A stretch of 64,000 nucleotides of DNA from Thermodesulfobacteriota bacterium (GTDB lineage Bacteria; Desulfobacterota; Desulfobulbia; Desulfobulbales; SURF-16). Both the position numbers and the translations under genes were made by a program. Shown here piece by piece: positions 31,156 to 42,445 of this stretch. The notes beneath the pieces were generated by a model. It was not told the DNA's origin. It ran no database searches and saw only the letters and a list, made by a program, of their open reading frames with translations. Position 1 is the first letter of the stretch. Every line of letters begins with the position of its first letter. The stretch covers positions 1-64,000 of the forward strand of contig JBDLIE010000010.1 of NCBI GenBank assembly GCA_039715015.1, written 5' to 3'.

Positions 31156-32136
31156 ATGAAGCCATTTATCCGTCCCTTAGCCTATGCAGCCCTTTTTTGC
31201 TCGGCAACCGTTATCTGTGCCCACTCTGCCCTGGCCGCTATTGAGGTCGACCCAAAAATAAAAATGTATGAGAAGACCCGGGGAGTTTCCGGCAATCTCG
31301 ATTCCATTGGCTCTGATACCCTTAATAACCTGATGACCTATTGGGCGGAAACATTCCGGAAAAAATACCCTAATGTCAGAATTCAGGTAGAGGGCAAGGG
31401 TTCTTCCACGGCTCCACCAGCGCTCATTGCCGGTACGGCCCAGCTTGGCCCCATGTCCCGCAAGATGAAGAACGTTGAGGAAGACAAGTTTGAGAAAAAA
31501 TATGGCTTTAAGCCCACCAGGATCGGCGTGGCCCTCGACTCCCTGGCTATCTATGTCAATAAGGACAATCCGCTAGATTCCATGTCCCTGCCCCAGGTTG
31601 ACGCCATTTTCTCCAAGACCAGAAAGGCCGGCATGAAGGATATCTCCACCTGGGGTCAGTTTGGATTAAGCGGTCAGTGGCAGCAGTCGCCGATCAGTGT
31701 CTATGGCCGTAATTCCGCATCCGGCACCTATGGCTATTTCAAAAAGAAGGCCCTGTTTAAGGGTGACTTTAAAGACACGGTCAAGGAGCAGCCCGGTTCC
31801 GCCTCTGTTGTTATGGGTGTTACCGAGGATATGGCAGGTATTGGTTATTCCGGCATTGGCTACCGCACCTCCGGTGTTAAGGCCCTGTCTCTTGCCAAGA
31901 AAGATGGCGGCAAGGCCTATTTTCCCAGTTACAATAATGTCCTGAGCGGCAAATATCCGCTGGCCCGGACCTTATATATCTATGTGGTCAAGGAGCCCAA
32001 TAAGCCCCTGCCCAATCTTACCAAGGAATTTCTGAAGTTTATCCTTTCCAAGGAAGGACAGGAGATTGTGGTCAAGGATGGTTATCTGCCTCTGCCTGCC
32101 AAGGTTGTCGAAAAGCAACTGGCCATTTTAAATTAA
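31156..32136 (+). CDS. pstS: Phosphate ABC transporter substrate-binding protein
   Basis: [32 protein letters not shown] before ATG at 31156. Confidence 0.93.
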   Translation: MKPFIRPLAYAALFCSATVICAHSALAAIEVDPKIKMYEKTRGVSGNLDSIGSDTLNNLMTYWAETFRKKYPNVRIQVEGKGSSTAPPALIAGTAQLGPMSRKMKNVEEDKFEKKYGFKPTRIGVALDSLAIYVNKDNPLDSMSLPQVDAIFSKTRKAGMKDISTWGQFGLSGQWQQSPISVYGRNSASGTYGYFKKKALFKGDFKDTVKEQPGSASVVMGVTEDMAGIGYSGIGYRTSGVKALSLAKKDGGKAYFPSYNNVLSGKYPLARTLYIYVVKEPNKPLPNLTKEFLKFILSKEGQEIVVKDGYLPLPAKVVEKQLAILN

Positions 32137-32252
32137 GATCAATCCACTTTTTTCCAGGTAAGACGAGGAGGGGGTCCGCTTTGTCACTCTCCTTGTCTTA
32201 TATTTAATTGTTGTGCAAATCTGGTTGATTTAGTCAGGAGTAATTTACACGC

Positions 32253-34457
32253 ATGGACCCCCGCCTGCTTCGCAGAAATAAACAGCTTGATACCCTTGCC
32301 CGCCACGTCATCACCGTTGGCGGCATTGCTGTTATTTTCAGTGTCATCGCCATTCTCTTTCTTATTTTTAAGGTGACTATTCCTCTCTTTAAGCCAGCCT
32401 CGGTTGATGAACTCTTCCACCTTTCCTTGCAGGGTAAGGCAGCAGAAATTCTGGCTGTGGGTCTTGATGATTATCAGGAAAACATCTACACCATTAATAA
32501 GCAGGGCATGCTCCATTTTCAGCCATTATCCTCGCCTGATAAAGGCTCCTTTGTAGATTTTTCCTCTGGTACTGCCAAAACTGTTAGGCATCTTGCTCCA
32601 GCCGCCCCTGGTCGCTTTTCCCTGCTTTGGGAGGACGGCAGCCTGACCCTTGTGGCCATCAATTTTCAACCCCATTTTGATCAGGATGGCCAGCGTACCA
32701 TTGTCCCCTCTGCAGAGATCTTGTTTGAACTACCCGCTCCGCAATCATCAACGCCCATCACCTCCAGTTTCTTTCGTCAGGATGAAGAAGAAGGCCTGTT
32801 GCTTCGGGTTAATCACCATGCCGACAACAGCTTTTCCATTTGGCAGCAAATAAAGAGTGAGGACCTTTTTGGCGACGAGTCCCTTGAGCACTCAACCAGC
32901 CTGATTGAGCCTTATTTTGAGGCTATTACTGCCTTTGCCTTAAGCAGCGACGGCCGTTCTCTGTTTGCCGGAACCGCCGGCGGTACACTTTTGCGTTGGG
33001 ATATTGACGAATCAATAACGCTGACTGATACAGTTCCCGCCTTTAACGAACCGATTACTGCCATGACCATGGTGTTTGGTTCCCAGTCTTTGGCAGTGGG
33101 CACCAAGAGTGGTGCCATGAGTACCTGGATGGGGGTGCGTGACAGCGCTGTGAGCGAGACCAAGAAACTTCGCAAAATCCACAATTTAAAACAGCACGCC
33201 TATCCTGTTTTTGCCATTTTACCTTCCCAGCGCGATAAGTCCCTGGTTTCCATTGGCCGCGACGGCCCTCTTCATCTCGATCATATGACCAGCGAGCGCC
33301 ATCTTTTGCAGATGAAGGGGCCTTATCTCCAGGCTGCCCTGTCCTCCAGGGGCTCTGGAGTTATTACCCTGGACAGCAAGGGCGCCTTACGGGTCCATGC
33401 CCTGCATAACCCCCATCCTGAGGTGAGCCTTCGCACCCTCTTTGGCCAGGTCTGGTATGAGAACTACGATACACCGGATTATGTCTGGCAGTCCTCTGCC
33501 GGTAGCGATGATTTTGAGGCGAAGTTTTCCATAACCCCCCTTCTGTTCGGCACCATTAAGGGCACCCTGTACGCCATGATATTTGCCCTTCCCCTGGCCA
33601 CTTTCGGCGCCGTGTATGTCAGCCAGTTTGCCCCTCCCCATCTTCAGCGCCTTATTAAACCGCTGGTTGAGGTCATGGCCTCAGTACCTTCTGTTGTCAT
33701 CGGTTTTCTTATTGCCCTGGTGCTGGCCCCTTTTATAGAGGCGCAGATCGTGCCGCTTCTTTTAAGTTTTCTTTTCTTGCCCGCTGGTTTTCTCATATTT
33801 ATTCTCTGCTGGCAGTATGGCCAGCGCTATACAGCAGTGCGCGAGTTACGCCATGGCTATGAATTTATCCTGATTTTGCCGGTTTTGCTTGTCAGCGCCT
33901 ATCTCTCTTATCTTTTGGGGCCGGTGATAGAGAACCTTCTTTTTGACGGTAATTTCAGCCACTTTCTCTTTCAAAATACAGGCAGCCGTTACGATCAGCG
34001 CAACTGTATTATAATTGCCTTTGGCCTTGGCTTTACCGTTATTCCCATCATTTTTTCCATTGCCGAGGACTCACTTTCAAATATCCCTCCGAGCCTTACC
34101 GCAGCTTCCATGGCCCTGGGTGCCAGCCGCTGGCAGACCGTTTGGCGTGTCATTTTACCCTCTGCCAGTCCCGGTATTTTTGCCGGGGCAATGATCGGCC
34201 TTGGCCGTGCCGTTGGTGAGACCATGATCGTCCTTATGGCCACCGGAAATACGCCTATTATGGATTTTTCCATTTTTAACGGCATGCGCACCCTTTCCGC
34301 CAATATTGCCGTGGAAATTCCCGAGGCCCCGGTGGACAGCACCCTATACCGTGTTCTTTTCCTGTGCGCGGTGTTGCTTTTTGTTATGACTTTTTTGGTT
34401 AATACCGGCGCTGAGCTTATCCGTGAAAGGCTTCGCAAGAAATATGTGCAGTACTGA
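32253..34457 (+). CDS. pstC: Phosphate ABC permease with large periplasmic beta-propeller-like insert
   Basis: SVPSVVIGF, GRAVGETM, TLSANIAVE. Confidence 0.9.
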   Translation: MDPRLLRRNKQLDTLARHVITVGGIAVIFSVIAILFLIFKVTIPLFKPASVDELFHLSLQGKAAEILAVGLDDYQENIYTINKQGMLHFQPLSSPDKGSFVDFSSGTAKTVRHLAPAAPGRFSLLWEDGSLTLVAINFQPHFDQDGQRTIVPSAEILFELPAPQSSTPITSSFFRQDEEEGLLLRVNHHADNSFSIWQQIKSEDLFGDESLEHSTSLIEPYFEAITAFALSSDGRSLFAGTAGGTLLRWDIDESITLTDTVPAFNEPITAMTMVFGSQSLAVGTKSGAMSTWMGVRDSAVSETKKLRKIHNLKQHAYPVFAILPSQRDKSLVSIGRDGPLHLDHMTSERHLLQMKGPYLQAALSSRGSGVITLDSKGALRVHALHNPHPEVSLRTLFGQVWYENYDTPDYVWQSSAGSDDFEAKFSITPLLFGTIKGTLYAMIFALPLATFGAVYVSQFAPPHLQRLIKPLVEVMASVPSVVIGFLIALVLAPFIEAQIVPLLLSFLFLPAGFLIFILCWQYGQRYTAVRELRHGYEFILILPVLLVSAYLSYLLGPVIENLLFDGNFSHFLFQNTGSRYDQRNCIIIAFGLGFTVIPIIFSIAEDSLSNIPPSLTAASMALGASRWQTVWRVILPSASPGIFAGAMIGLGRAVGETMIVLMATGNTPIMDFSIFNGMRTLSANIAVEIPEAPVDSTLYRVLFLCAVLLFVMTFLVNTGAELIRERLRKKYVQY

Positions 34458-34474
34458 TCCATGCTGTTTTAAGA

Positions 34475-36073
34475 TTGAAAAAGATTATGAAAAATAAATT
34501 CTGGCAGAATGGCGAACCCTTTGTGTGGGGAACCGGGGCGGCATTGACCCTTATCCTCCTTCTTACCTTTTATCTGCTCTTTATCATTTTTAAAAATGGC
34601 ATCGCCGTTTATTGGCCTTGCCCCCTGGTTCTTTTTGATATGGAGGATGGCAGTTCCTATCTCGGCGAGGTCGTTAAGGATAACGAGTATGATAATAAAT
34701 TACGCCACCAGGTTAAAATTGCCAACCGGGACCTATACTCCTTAGATTTCAAATGGATTGACGCTTCTGCTATCTCCCAGAAAAGCACACCCAAAGATGC
34801 CACTGTTCTTGAACGTGACGAATACGGTAATTTTCATGGCTTTTTGTCCTCTTTGAACCTGCCTAATCTCTCTGTTAAAGATGGTGTGCTGTGGCCCCGT
34901 TTTACCGCCGCCCTTGCTGCCTTGGCACCTGATACTGCCAAAATTGAAGACATTCAGGATGAGTTGAAGCGCCTCAACTATCGTCTTGAACGCCTTGATT
35001 TGAAAATTGCCAAAAGGACCTATGATGGCGAGGTAGGTACCCCTGTTCTCCTTGATCTCATGAAAAAAAAGGAGTCTCTCCATCATGACTTTGATCTCTT
35101 AGTTGCCCGTCTCGCCTCCCTTGAAGCGAAATTGCTGAAAAACACAGCCCTCTTTAAAGATGCCACTGGCCAGGAACAGGTTATCCCCCTTGCCTCCATT
35201 GTCCGGGCCTACAGACCCAATGACATGTCCGTATTTGCTAAGGCTTTTATCTATCTTGACAAAGTTTGGGAGCTCTTTTTTGCTGAACCCCGTGAATCCA
35301 ACACTGAGGGGGGCCTTTTCCCGGCTATTTTCGGGACCATTATTCTCATTTTTATTATGAGTATTCTGTCCTTTCCCCTTGGCGTTCTTGCTGGGATCTA
35401 TTTGCGCGAATATGCCAAGGAAGGATTTCTTGTTCGCCTGGTTCGAATTGCCGTCAACAATCTTGCCGGTATCCCCTCCATTGTTTACGGTATTTTCGGC
35501 CTCGCTTTTTTTGTTTATGGTATTGGTTCATCAATCGACCAGCTTTTCTTCCCACAGTATCTGCCCGCTCCCACCTTTGGTACCGGAGGTATTCTGTGGG
35601 CCAGCCTTACCCTGGGCCTCCTTACTGTGCCTGTGGTCATCGTTGCAACCGAAGAGGCATTGGGTGCTATCCCCAGCGGCCTGCGGGAATCGTCCTTTGC
35701 CCTTGGCTCAACCAAGTTTCAGACCTTGACCCGCATCCTCCTCCCCATGGCTTCCCCAGGCATTATGACCGGCTTTATTCTGGCCATGGCCCGTGCCGCC
35801 GGCGAGGTTGCGCCACTCATGATTACAGGGGTCGTCAAGCTTGCCCCTTCCCTGCCCCTGGATGCTAACTTCCCGTTTTTTCACCTGGATCGCAAGTTTA
35901 TGCATCTAGGATTTCATATTTACGATATTGGTTTCCAGTCTCCCAATGTCGAGGCTGCCAAACCAATGGTCTTTGTGACCACGCTCCTTCTTCTTGGCAT
36001 TGTTATTCTGATGACCAGCTCGGCAATCGTTCTACGCAATAAGATGAAAAAGAAGTTTGCTGTAACCCATTGA
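34475..36073 (+). CDS. pstA: Phosphate ABC permease
   Basis: GGLFPAIFGT, NLAGIPSIVYGIFG, ARAAGEVAPL. Confidence 0.92.
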   Translation: MKKIMKNKFWQNGEPFVWGTGAALTLILLLTFYLLFIIFKNGIAVYWPCPLVLFDMEDGSSYLGEVVKDNEYDNKLRHQVKIANRDLYSLDFKWIDASAISQKSTPKDATVLERDEYGNFHGFLSSLNLPNLSVKDGVLWPRFTAALAALAPDTAKIEDIQDELKRLNYRLERLDLKIAKRTYDGEVGTPVLLDLMKKKESLHHDFDLLVARLASLEAKLLKNTALFKDATGQEQVIPLASIVRAYRPNDMSVFAKAFIYLDKVWELFFAEPRESNTEGGLFPAIFGTIILIFIMSILSFPLGVLAGIYLREYAKEGFLVRLVRIAVNNLAGIPSIVYGIFGLAFFVYGIGSSIDQLFFPQYLPAPTFGTGGILWASLTLGLLTVPVVIVATEEALGAIPSGLRESSFALGSTKFQTLTRILLPMASPGIMTGFILAMARAAGEVAPLMITGVVKLAPSLPLDANFPFFHLDRKFMHLGFHIYDIGFQSPNVEAAKPMVFVTTLLLLGIVILMTSSAIVLRNKMKKKFAVTH

Positions 36074-36089
36074 TTGAGAACATATAATT

Positions 36090-36884
36090 ATGACTATGAA
36101 TGATCCAGAACAGGCCATTGTTGCTATTGATGACCCCATTGTTCAGATGGAGGATCTTTGCCTCTATTATGGTCAGGCCCAGGCCCTTTTTGACCTTACC
36201 TTTGATATTCCCCGCCATCAGGTTACGGCCCTCATCGGCCCTTCCGGTTGCGGGAAGTCCACCTTTATCCGCTGCATTAACAGGATGAATGATCTTATTG
36301 ACGGTTTGAGCACAACGGGCTCTATTAATCTTGATGGCGTTAATATTTTTGATCGGGCAGTGGACGTTATTGATCTGCGGCGGCGGGTGGGTATGGTGTT
36401 TCAGAAGTCAAATCCCTTTCCTAAGTCCATCTATGAGAATGTCATATTCGGCATGCGTATTGGTGGAGTGAGTGAAAAACCCATTCTCGACGAGACTGTT
36501 GAAAAATCTCTCCGCCGGGCCGCCCTTTGGGATGAGGTAAAGGACAGGCTTCATGATTCTGCCATGGGCCTTTCCGGTGGCCAGATGCAACGACTTTGTA
36601 TTGCTCGCGCCATTGCAGTTTCACCGGAGGTTATCCTGATGGATGAACCCTGTTCTGCTTTGGACCCTCGCTCTACTGCCCATATTGAGGACCTTATTCG
36701 TGATTTAAATGGGGAATACACTATCATTATTGTTACCCATAATATGCAACAGGCTTCGCGTATTTCCGACTATACCGCCTTTCTTTACGAGGGAGAATTA
36801 ATTGAATTCGGCCACACCAAAAAGGTGTTTACCGTTCCTGTCAAAAAGGCGACTGAAGACTATATAACCGGCCGTTTCGGCTAA
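36090..36884 (+). CDS. pstB: Phosphate ABC ATP-binding protein
   Basis: [34 protein letters not shown]. Confidence 0.95.
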   Translation: MTMNDPEQAIVAIDDPIVQMEDLCLYYGQAQALFDLTFDIPRHQVTALIGPSGCGKSTFIRCINRMNDLIDGLSTTGSINLDGVNIFDRAVDVIDLRRRVGMVFQKSNPFPKSIYENVIFGMRIGGVSEKPILDETVEKSLRRAALWDEVKDRLHDSAMGLSGGQMQRLCIARAIAVSPEVILMDEPCSALDPRSTAHIEDLIRDLNGEYTIIIVTHNMQQASRISDYTAFLYEGELIEFGHTKKVFTVPVKKATEDYITGRFG

Positions 36885-36894
36885 GAGGTGATCC

Positions 36895-37575
36895 GTGACT
36901 TCCGATATCCATTCATCCATCGACACCCTCAAACAACACCTTATTTATTTAGGAACTGTGGTTGAAGAGGGCATAAAAAACAGCATAAAGGCTTTTCACA
37001 CCTTTGATGCCACCCTTGCTGCTGAGATACAGAAAGCTGACTCGAAGATTAACGCCCTTGAGGTTAATGTGGAGGAGGATTGTCTTAAGATTCTTGCCCT
37101 TCATCAGCCTGTGGCCAGCGATTTACGCTTTGTGGTTACGGCCCTGAAGATGAACCGTGAGCTGGAACGTATCGGTGATCTGGCCTGCAAGGTCGCTGAT
37201 AAGGTTATCCTTCTTGATGCTGCACGGAAACATGACAAAAATCCAAGCAATATAACCATTCCTGCTGATTTTGAGCAAATGTTCTCCACCACCCTTTCCA
37301 TGTTCAGCAGCTGCCTTGATGCCTTTGTCAATGAGGACTCTGACCTTGCCTATCGCATCTGTCTTCTGGATGATGAGGTGGACGAGGCAAAGCGCACCAT
37401 TCGTAAGGAACTCGATGAGATCGTCGCTCATGACCAGAAACAGAGGGTTTATCTGCCCATGCTTCTTTCAATTGCCCGTGGCACTGAGCGTATTGCAGAC
37501 CATACTACCAATACAGCTGAAGATATTATCTATATGCTCCAGGGGCGTATAGTTAGGCACGAAGAAGCGATCTAG
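36895..37575 (+). CDS. phoU: Phosphate uptake regulator
   Basis: QPVASDLR, LERIGD, ERIADH..N.AE. Confidence 0.93.
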   Translation: MTSDIHSSIDTLKQHLIYLGTVVEEGIKNSIKAFHTFDATLAAEIQKADSKINALEVNVEEDCLKILALHQPVASDLRFVVTALKMNRELERIGDLACKVADKVILLDAARKHDKNPSNITIPADFEQMFSTTLSMFSSCLDAFVNEDSDLAYRICLLDDEVDEAKRTIRKELDEIVAHDQKQRVYLPMLLSIARGTERIADHTTNTAEDIIYMLQGRIVRHEEAI

Positions 37576-37583
37576 AGACGATC

Positions 37584-38294
37584 ATGGAAACTCAACCCGC
37601 CATACTCGTCATCGAGGACGAGGAGGATATCCAGCAGCTCGTTACCTATAACCTGGTAAAGGCTGGTTTTCAGGTCATTTGTGCCGATGATGGCGAGGTC
37701 GGCCTCCAATCCTTTGTGGGCAAGAAACCAGATCTTGTCGTTCTTGACCTTATGCTGCCAGGCATTGATGGGCTCTCTGTATGTAAGGAGTTCCGCCTTA
37801 CTCACAAGAGCGATATCCCTGTTCTCATGCTTACTGCCAAGGGCGAGGAGGAAGATATTGTCGCTGGTCTTGCCGCTGGCGCTGATGACTATCTTGCCAA
37901 GCCCTTTAGCCCCAAGGTGCTTATTGCCCGGATTAATGCTCTTTTGCGGCGCAGTCATCTTGCCAGTTCCGCGGACGAAGGTGACGAGGCAAAGCTCATT
38001 TTTTCAGCTCTGCAACTTACCATCGTTCCTCAGCGCTATGAGGTGTCAGTTGCTGACCAGAATATTCACCTTACCCACTCCGAATTTCAGATTCTTCTAC
38101 TGCTGGCCAAAAAGCCAGGCTGGGTCTACAGCCGACAGCAAATCATCAATGATATTAGGGGTTTTGATTATAGTTTGACCGAGCGCGCCATAGATGTTTT
38201 GATCTCAGGACTTCGTAAAAAGCTTCTTTCTGCCGCTTCGGCCATCAGCACAGTGCGGGGGGTCGGCTATCGCTTTTCAGAACATCCCTCATAA
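37584..38294 (+). CDS. phoB: OmpR-family response regulator, PhoB-like
   Basis: Receiver domain (LDLMLP, KPF) plus winged helix (TVRGVGY); follows phoU. Confidence 0.75.
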   Translation: METQPAILVIEDEEDIQQLVTYNLVKAGFQVICADDGEVGLQSFVGKKPDLVVLDLMLPGIDGLSVCKEFRLTHKSDIPVLMLTAKGEEEDIVAGLAAGADDYLAKPFSPKVLIARINALLRRSHLASSADEGDEAKLIFSALQLTIVPQRYEVSVADQNIHLTHSEFQILLLLAKKPGWVYSRQQIINDIRGFDYSLTERAIDVLISGLRKKLLSAASAISTVRGVGYRFSEHPS

Positions 38295-38379
38295 AAGCAA
38301 GGTTTACTCATCTGCCCTCTTTTGGTAGAGTTGTTTTTTTGTGCGAAACCTTTTTTATAACTATGCCTCTTTATATATT

Positions 38380-38811
38380 ATGAATACCAAGATATATGTC
38401 CTGCATTTCCCCAAGGAGACAGGTGATAAGCCTATCATCTGTGAACTGGTTAAGAAGTTCGATATTGATTTCAATATCCTCAAGGCCACAATCCTGCCCG
38501 GCAATGACGGCCTCATGGTCCTTGAACTCACCGGTCATAAAAAGAACGTTAAGAGTGCCCTTGAGTTTTTACAGAATTATGGTGTTAAGATAGAACCCAT
38601 CTCTACCATTATCCGCCGCGATGATGAGCTCTGCATACAGTGTGGGGCTTGTACAGGAATCTGCCCCACCAGCGCTCTCTTTGTGGAGCGCCCTGACATG
38701 GTAGTTCTTTTTGCTCCTGATAAGTGCACAGGCTGTGGACTTTGTGTTTCTGTCTGTCCGGTGAGGGCCATGGAGGTCACCATGAACCAAGACGTTCTGC
38801 CCGAAGGCTAG
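38380..38811 (+). CDS. NIL domain plus 2x[4Fe-4S] ferredoxin protein
   Basis: FNILKA; CIQCGACTGICP and CTGCGLCVSVCP. Confidence 0.88.
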   Translation: MNTKIYVLHFPKETGDKPIICELVKKFDIDFNILKATILPGNDGLMVLELTGHKKNVKSALEFLQNYGVKIEPISTIIRRDDELCIQCGACTGICPTSALFVERPDMVVLFAPDKCTGCGLCVSVCPVRAMEVTMNQDVLPEG

Positions 38812-38851
38812 GCCCGCCCGGCCCTACGCACGCCGCCGCCCCCTCCTTTTT

Positions 38852-39217
38852 TTATACCAGTATCGTATCCGCATGCCCATAGGCTGGTGCACAACAACAC
38901 ATGACCACCAGGTCTTCGTTGTTCGTATTCTCTAAACCATGCACCTGGCCTGGCATGATCACGATTGACACCCCTTTTTCTATCTCATACCTTTTATCTT
39001 CTATCCTTAACAGCCCCTTCCCTGCCATCACCACATACACCTCTTCACTTTTTTTGTGATAATGTGGTTCGGTTTTCATTCCAGGCTTAATCCTTGCCTC
39101 AGCCACACTTATTTTTTTATTGTCTTGATGTTGAGGGTGGATCATTTCTCTTATTTCAGATCCGTCTTTAGTGATATATTCTTTTATGCTACCATACCGG
39201 CTTATCTTATTAACCAT
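38852..39217 (-). CDS. Cupin domain protein
   Basis: HYH...EEVY, PGQVH, CC.PAY. Confidence 0.85.
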   Translation of the reverse strand: MVNKISRYGSIKEYITKDGSEIREMIHPQHQDNKKISVAEARIKPGMKTEPHYHKKSEEVYVVMAGKGLLRIEDKRYEIEKGVSIVIMPGQVHGLENTNNEDLVVMCCCAPAYGHADTILV

Positions 39218-39240
39218 TACGCCCTCTTTTAAAAGTTCCT

Positions 39241-40377
39241 ATGTCTTCTTTTTTTCCGATTAACCAAGAACGTCTGGCACACTATTTTATAACCCTTTGC
39301 GAGATTGATAGCCCAGGAAAAGCGGAGGCTAAGGTTGCCGCGTATCTCATAGATTTTTTTGGTGCATTTCCAGGGGTTTCAGCATTTGTTGATGACTCAG
39401 CTTCTGTCACTGGTTCTGATACAGGTAATCTGGTTGTTTCCCTTCCTGGCACTGATTTAGACAAAAAACCGCTTTTTTTTAATTGTCATATGGACGTTAT
39501 TGCCCCTTGCCTCGGGGTAAAAGTGTGCCGCCATAATAATATTTTCACTTCCCAAGGGGATACTGTTCTCGGCGGGGATGATAAGGCTGGGATCGCTATT
39601 CTTATGGAGATGACCCAGGTTCTTTTTGAGAATAATCTTTCCCATTGCCCCCTTGAGTTCCTTTTTACCACAGGAGAAGAGATTGGTCTTTTAGGCGCTA
39701 AGGCCTTCGACCCTTCACTTTTAAGCGCCAGCATGGGTTTTGCTCTCGATTCGACAGGGGTTGATAACGTTATTGTCGGCGCTCCGGCCGCTGTATATGT
39801 AAATGCCGAAATTTCCGGAAAGGCCGCCCATGCCGGCCTTAACCCACAAGACGGCATTAATGCTATCACACTTGCATCTCGCATTATATCTAGACTTCCA
39901 ATGGGCCGGCTTGATGAGCTTTCCACCGCTAATGTCGGCCTTGTTTCCGGTGGTACGGCAACCAATATTGTTCCTGACTTTGTTCAGTTTCAGGGTGAAA
40001 TACGGAGCCATTCTGCTTCACTTTTAGCCCGACACATTGCAGCCTTTCGTAAAGTTTTTACCGAAAATATCAGCTTGCAACCGAACGCAACTCTTCCTTC
40101 TTTTTCTCTTAATTTCCCAGAGCAATATCCGGCCATGGCCCTCGCAGATGATGAGCCTCTCCTGGCCACGGCCCGGTCTGCCGCCACTTTTCTACAACGA
40201 GAACTTGACTATATTGTAGCCGGGGGCGGAAGTGATGCTAATGTTTTTAACAGTCGCGGCCTGAGCACCGCAATTCTTGGGGTTGGCATGGAGAATGTGC
40301 ATTCCACCCATGAACTTATTTCCCTCGACAGCCTTGTTCGCACCTTGGAGTTGACCGTTTCGCTCGCAACTTGCTGA
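39241..40377 (+). CDS. M20 family metallopeptidase (peptidase T-like)
   Basis: HMD, GGDDKAG, EEIG, GGGSDAN, HSTHE. Confidence 0.9.
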   Translation: MSSFFPINQERLAHYFITLCEIDSPGKAEAKVAAYLIDFFGAFPGVSAFVDDSASVTGSDTGNLVVSLPGTDLDKKPLFFNCHMDVIAPCLGVKVCRHNNIFTSQGDTVLGGDDKAGIAILMEMTQVLFENNLSHCPLEFLFTTGEEIGLLGAKAFDPSLLSASMGFALDSTGVDNVIVGAPAAVYVNAEISGKAAHAGLNPQDGINAITLASRIISRLPMGRLDELSTANVGLVSGGTATNIVPDFVQFQGEIRSHSASLLARHIAAFRKVFTENISLQPNATLPSFSLNFPEQYPAMALADDEPLLATARSAATFLQRELDYIVAGGGSDANVFNSRGLSTAILGVGMENVHSTHELISLDSLVRTLELTVSLATC

Positions 40378-40398
40378 TTTTGCCTCATAAAACGTAAT

Positions 40399-40414
40399 TG
40401 TTCCACGTGGAACA
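40399..40414. other. parS centromere site
   Basis: TGTTCCACGTGGAACA, canonical 16-bp parS within a perfect 28-bp palindrome (40393-40420), upstream of parAB. Confidence 0.93.
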
Positions 40415-40679
40415 ATTACGGGAGGCCTGCAAAAAGGCAGTTGGAAAATCGAAATAAGTTGTCATTCGTTAAAAATAGCGTATTCTGTCATAAAGGTCGT
40501 CAAGGCCTGCCTTTTTCCCGACATTTTTAATGCTTTTCGGTGAGCGATGCGAGCCGAATTTTACTGGTGGTCTGTCTGGGCTGGTTGCGCATAAGGCGTA
40601 CTGGTTCTACCCAAGGGCCACCTGTCTATAGTAAGTGGGCGCCGTAGGCGGCGTATATTGATTCACAAATAAAATAGAG

Positions 40680-41498
40680 GTGAGCATGACACAGCAGAGG
40701 GAGAAGGGGGCAAAAATTATCACAATGGCCAACCAGAAAGGGGGTGTTGGCAAGACAACGTCCGCGGTGAATTTGGCGACGGCCCTGGCAACGATGGGCA
40801 AAAAAACACTTCTTGTCGACTCAGATCCGCAGGGAAATGCCTCGAGCGGTGTTGGTTCTGCGGTGTCGCCGAAAACTAAACATCTCTACCATTGTTATAT
40901 CGAACCTGAAAAAACACAAGGTGCGGTCCATCCGTCCGGCTCAATTCCAAACCTCTGGGTTCTTCCGACAGGCATCGATCTCATTGGTGTTGAGGTTGAG
41001 CTTATGTCCGAAAAAAAGAGAGAAAAATTTCTTGATCGCGTACTTGGGCAGGTTGTCGAGGATTACGACTATATTATTATTGATTGTCCTCCGTCGCTGG
41101 GATTGCTTACCTTAAATGCTCTGAGTGCGGCTGACTCGGTGATTATTCCAATGCAGTGCGAATACTTTGCCCTTGAAGGCCTTAGTCAATTGGTTCGAAC
41201 GATCAAGCTTGTCAAGAATTCATATAACCCGCGGTTGGCCATCGAGGGGCTCTTGCTAACCATGTATGACCGGCGTAACAAGCTGACATATCAAGTGGCA
41301 AAAGAGGTAAAAAAACATTTTGGCAACAAGGTGTATAGCACTGTTATTCCGAGAAATGTTCGACTGAGCGAGTGTCCGAGCCATGGGATGCCAGTTATTG
41401 AATACGATAAAGGTTCCGCCGGTGCATTGAGCTATATGAACCTGGGCAAAGAGTTTCTCAAAAAACAAGAAACAGTTGGTGCGGGGAGGGAGGCATAA
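40680..41498 (+). CDS. parA: Chromosome partitioning ATPase (Soj)
   Basis: NQKGGVGKTT, DPQGN, IDCPPSLG, QCEYFALEG, IPRNVRLSE. Confidence 0.95.
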   Translation: MSMTQQREKGAKIITMANQKGGVGKTTSAVNLATALATMGKKTLLVDSDPQGNASSGVGSAVSPKTKHLYHCYIEPEKTQGAVHPSGSIPNLWVLPTGIDLIGVEVELMSEKKREKFLDRVLGQVVEDYDYIIIDCPPSLGLLTLNALSAADSVIIPMQCEYFALEGLSQLVRTIKLVKNSYNPRLAIEGLLLTMYDRRNKLTYQVAKEVKKHFGNKVYSTVIPRNVRLSECPSHGMPVIEYDKGSAGALSYMNLGKEFLKKQETVGAGREA

Positions 41499-42382
41499 TG
41501 ATGAGTGGTGATCGCCTCGGAAGAGGGCTTGGGGCCTTGTTGGCCGATGACAATGACACCTTGGCGGCAGAAGGCAAATATATTCTTTGCGACATTGAAA
41601 CTATCGACCCCAACCCGTACCAGCCACGCAAAGAGATGGATGAAGATGCCCTTCGGGAGCTTGCTGGATCTATTGCTGAAAAGGGCGTGTTGCAGCCGCT
41701 TGTTGTAACGCCACATGACATCGCTGATAAATACATACTCATAGCTGGGGAGCGGCGGTTGCGGGCCTCTAAGCTTGCTGGCCTGACGGATGTGCCGGTC
41801 ATTGTCCGGGAAGTTGAGACGCAGGATCGCCTTGAGCTTGCTCTCATAGAAAACATCCAGAGACAAAACCTCAACCCCATTGAAGAAGCTCTCGCCTATC
41901 AGCAGTTGGTTAAAGAATTTACCTTGACGCAGGAAGAGGTTGCGAAGCGGGTGGGAAAGGAGCGCTCCACGGTTGCTAACACCATGCGTCTTCTTCAATT
42001 ACCTGATTTTGTCAAAGATGATATTGGTGCGGGCCGGTTGTCCATGGGACATGCCCGCGTCCTTTTGGCCATTAAGGATCACACGGAGACCAGAGAGGTT
42101 CGAGATAAAATAATAAAGAAGGAACTCTCTGTTCGCCAGACAGAGGCCTTGGTCCGGGCAAGCAAACAAAAAAATGGTTCGCCAGGCACACGGCGGCCTG
42201 CTGTTAAAAAACCTATTCCAACTTCCTATTGCCGGACCCTTACTAATGATTTTGTCCGCCATTTTGGAACCAAGTCGAAAATTATCCAGCAGGGTGGCCG
42301 TGGCAAAATAGAAATCGAGTACTATTCACTGGATGATCTGGAGCGTATTCATGGTCTCATCAGTAAATTGCCGGTAGAATAA
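41498..42382 (+). CDS. parB: Chromosome partitioning protein (Spo0J)
   Basis: LGRGL, NPYQPR, GERRLRA, ENIQR, GKERSTVAN. Confidence 0.95.
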   Translation: MMSGDRLGRGLGALLADDNDTLAAEGKYILCDIETIDPNPYQPRKEMDEDALRELAGSIAEKGVLQPLVVTPHDIADKYILIAGERRLRASKLAGLTDVPVIVREVETQDRLELALIENIQRQNLNPIEEALAYQQLVKEFTLTQEEVAKRVGKERSTVANTMRLLQLPDFVKDDIGAGRLSMGHARVLLAIKDHTETREVRDKIIKKELSVRQTEALVRASKQKNGSPGTRRPAVKKPIPTSYCRTLTNDFVRHFGTKSKIIQQGGRGKIEIEYYSLDDLERIHGLISKLPVE

Positions 42383-42445
42383 GGTGGATTTTGCTCTTTC
42401 TCCTTGTAATATCGTTTAAAAATCACTCTATACATACCTAAAAAG

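Noticed and set aside
32253..34457. Unusually long PstC
   Set aside because: Long PstC/PstA variants with periplasmic inserts are known in other bacteria
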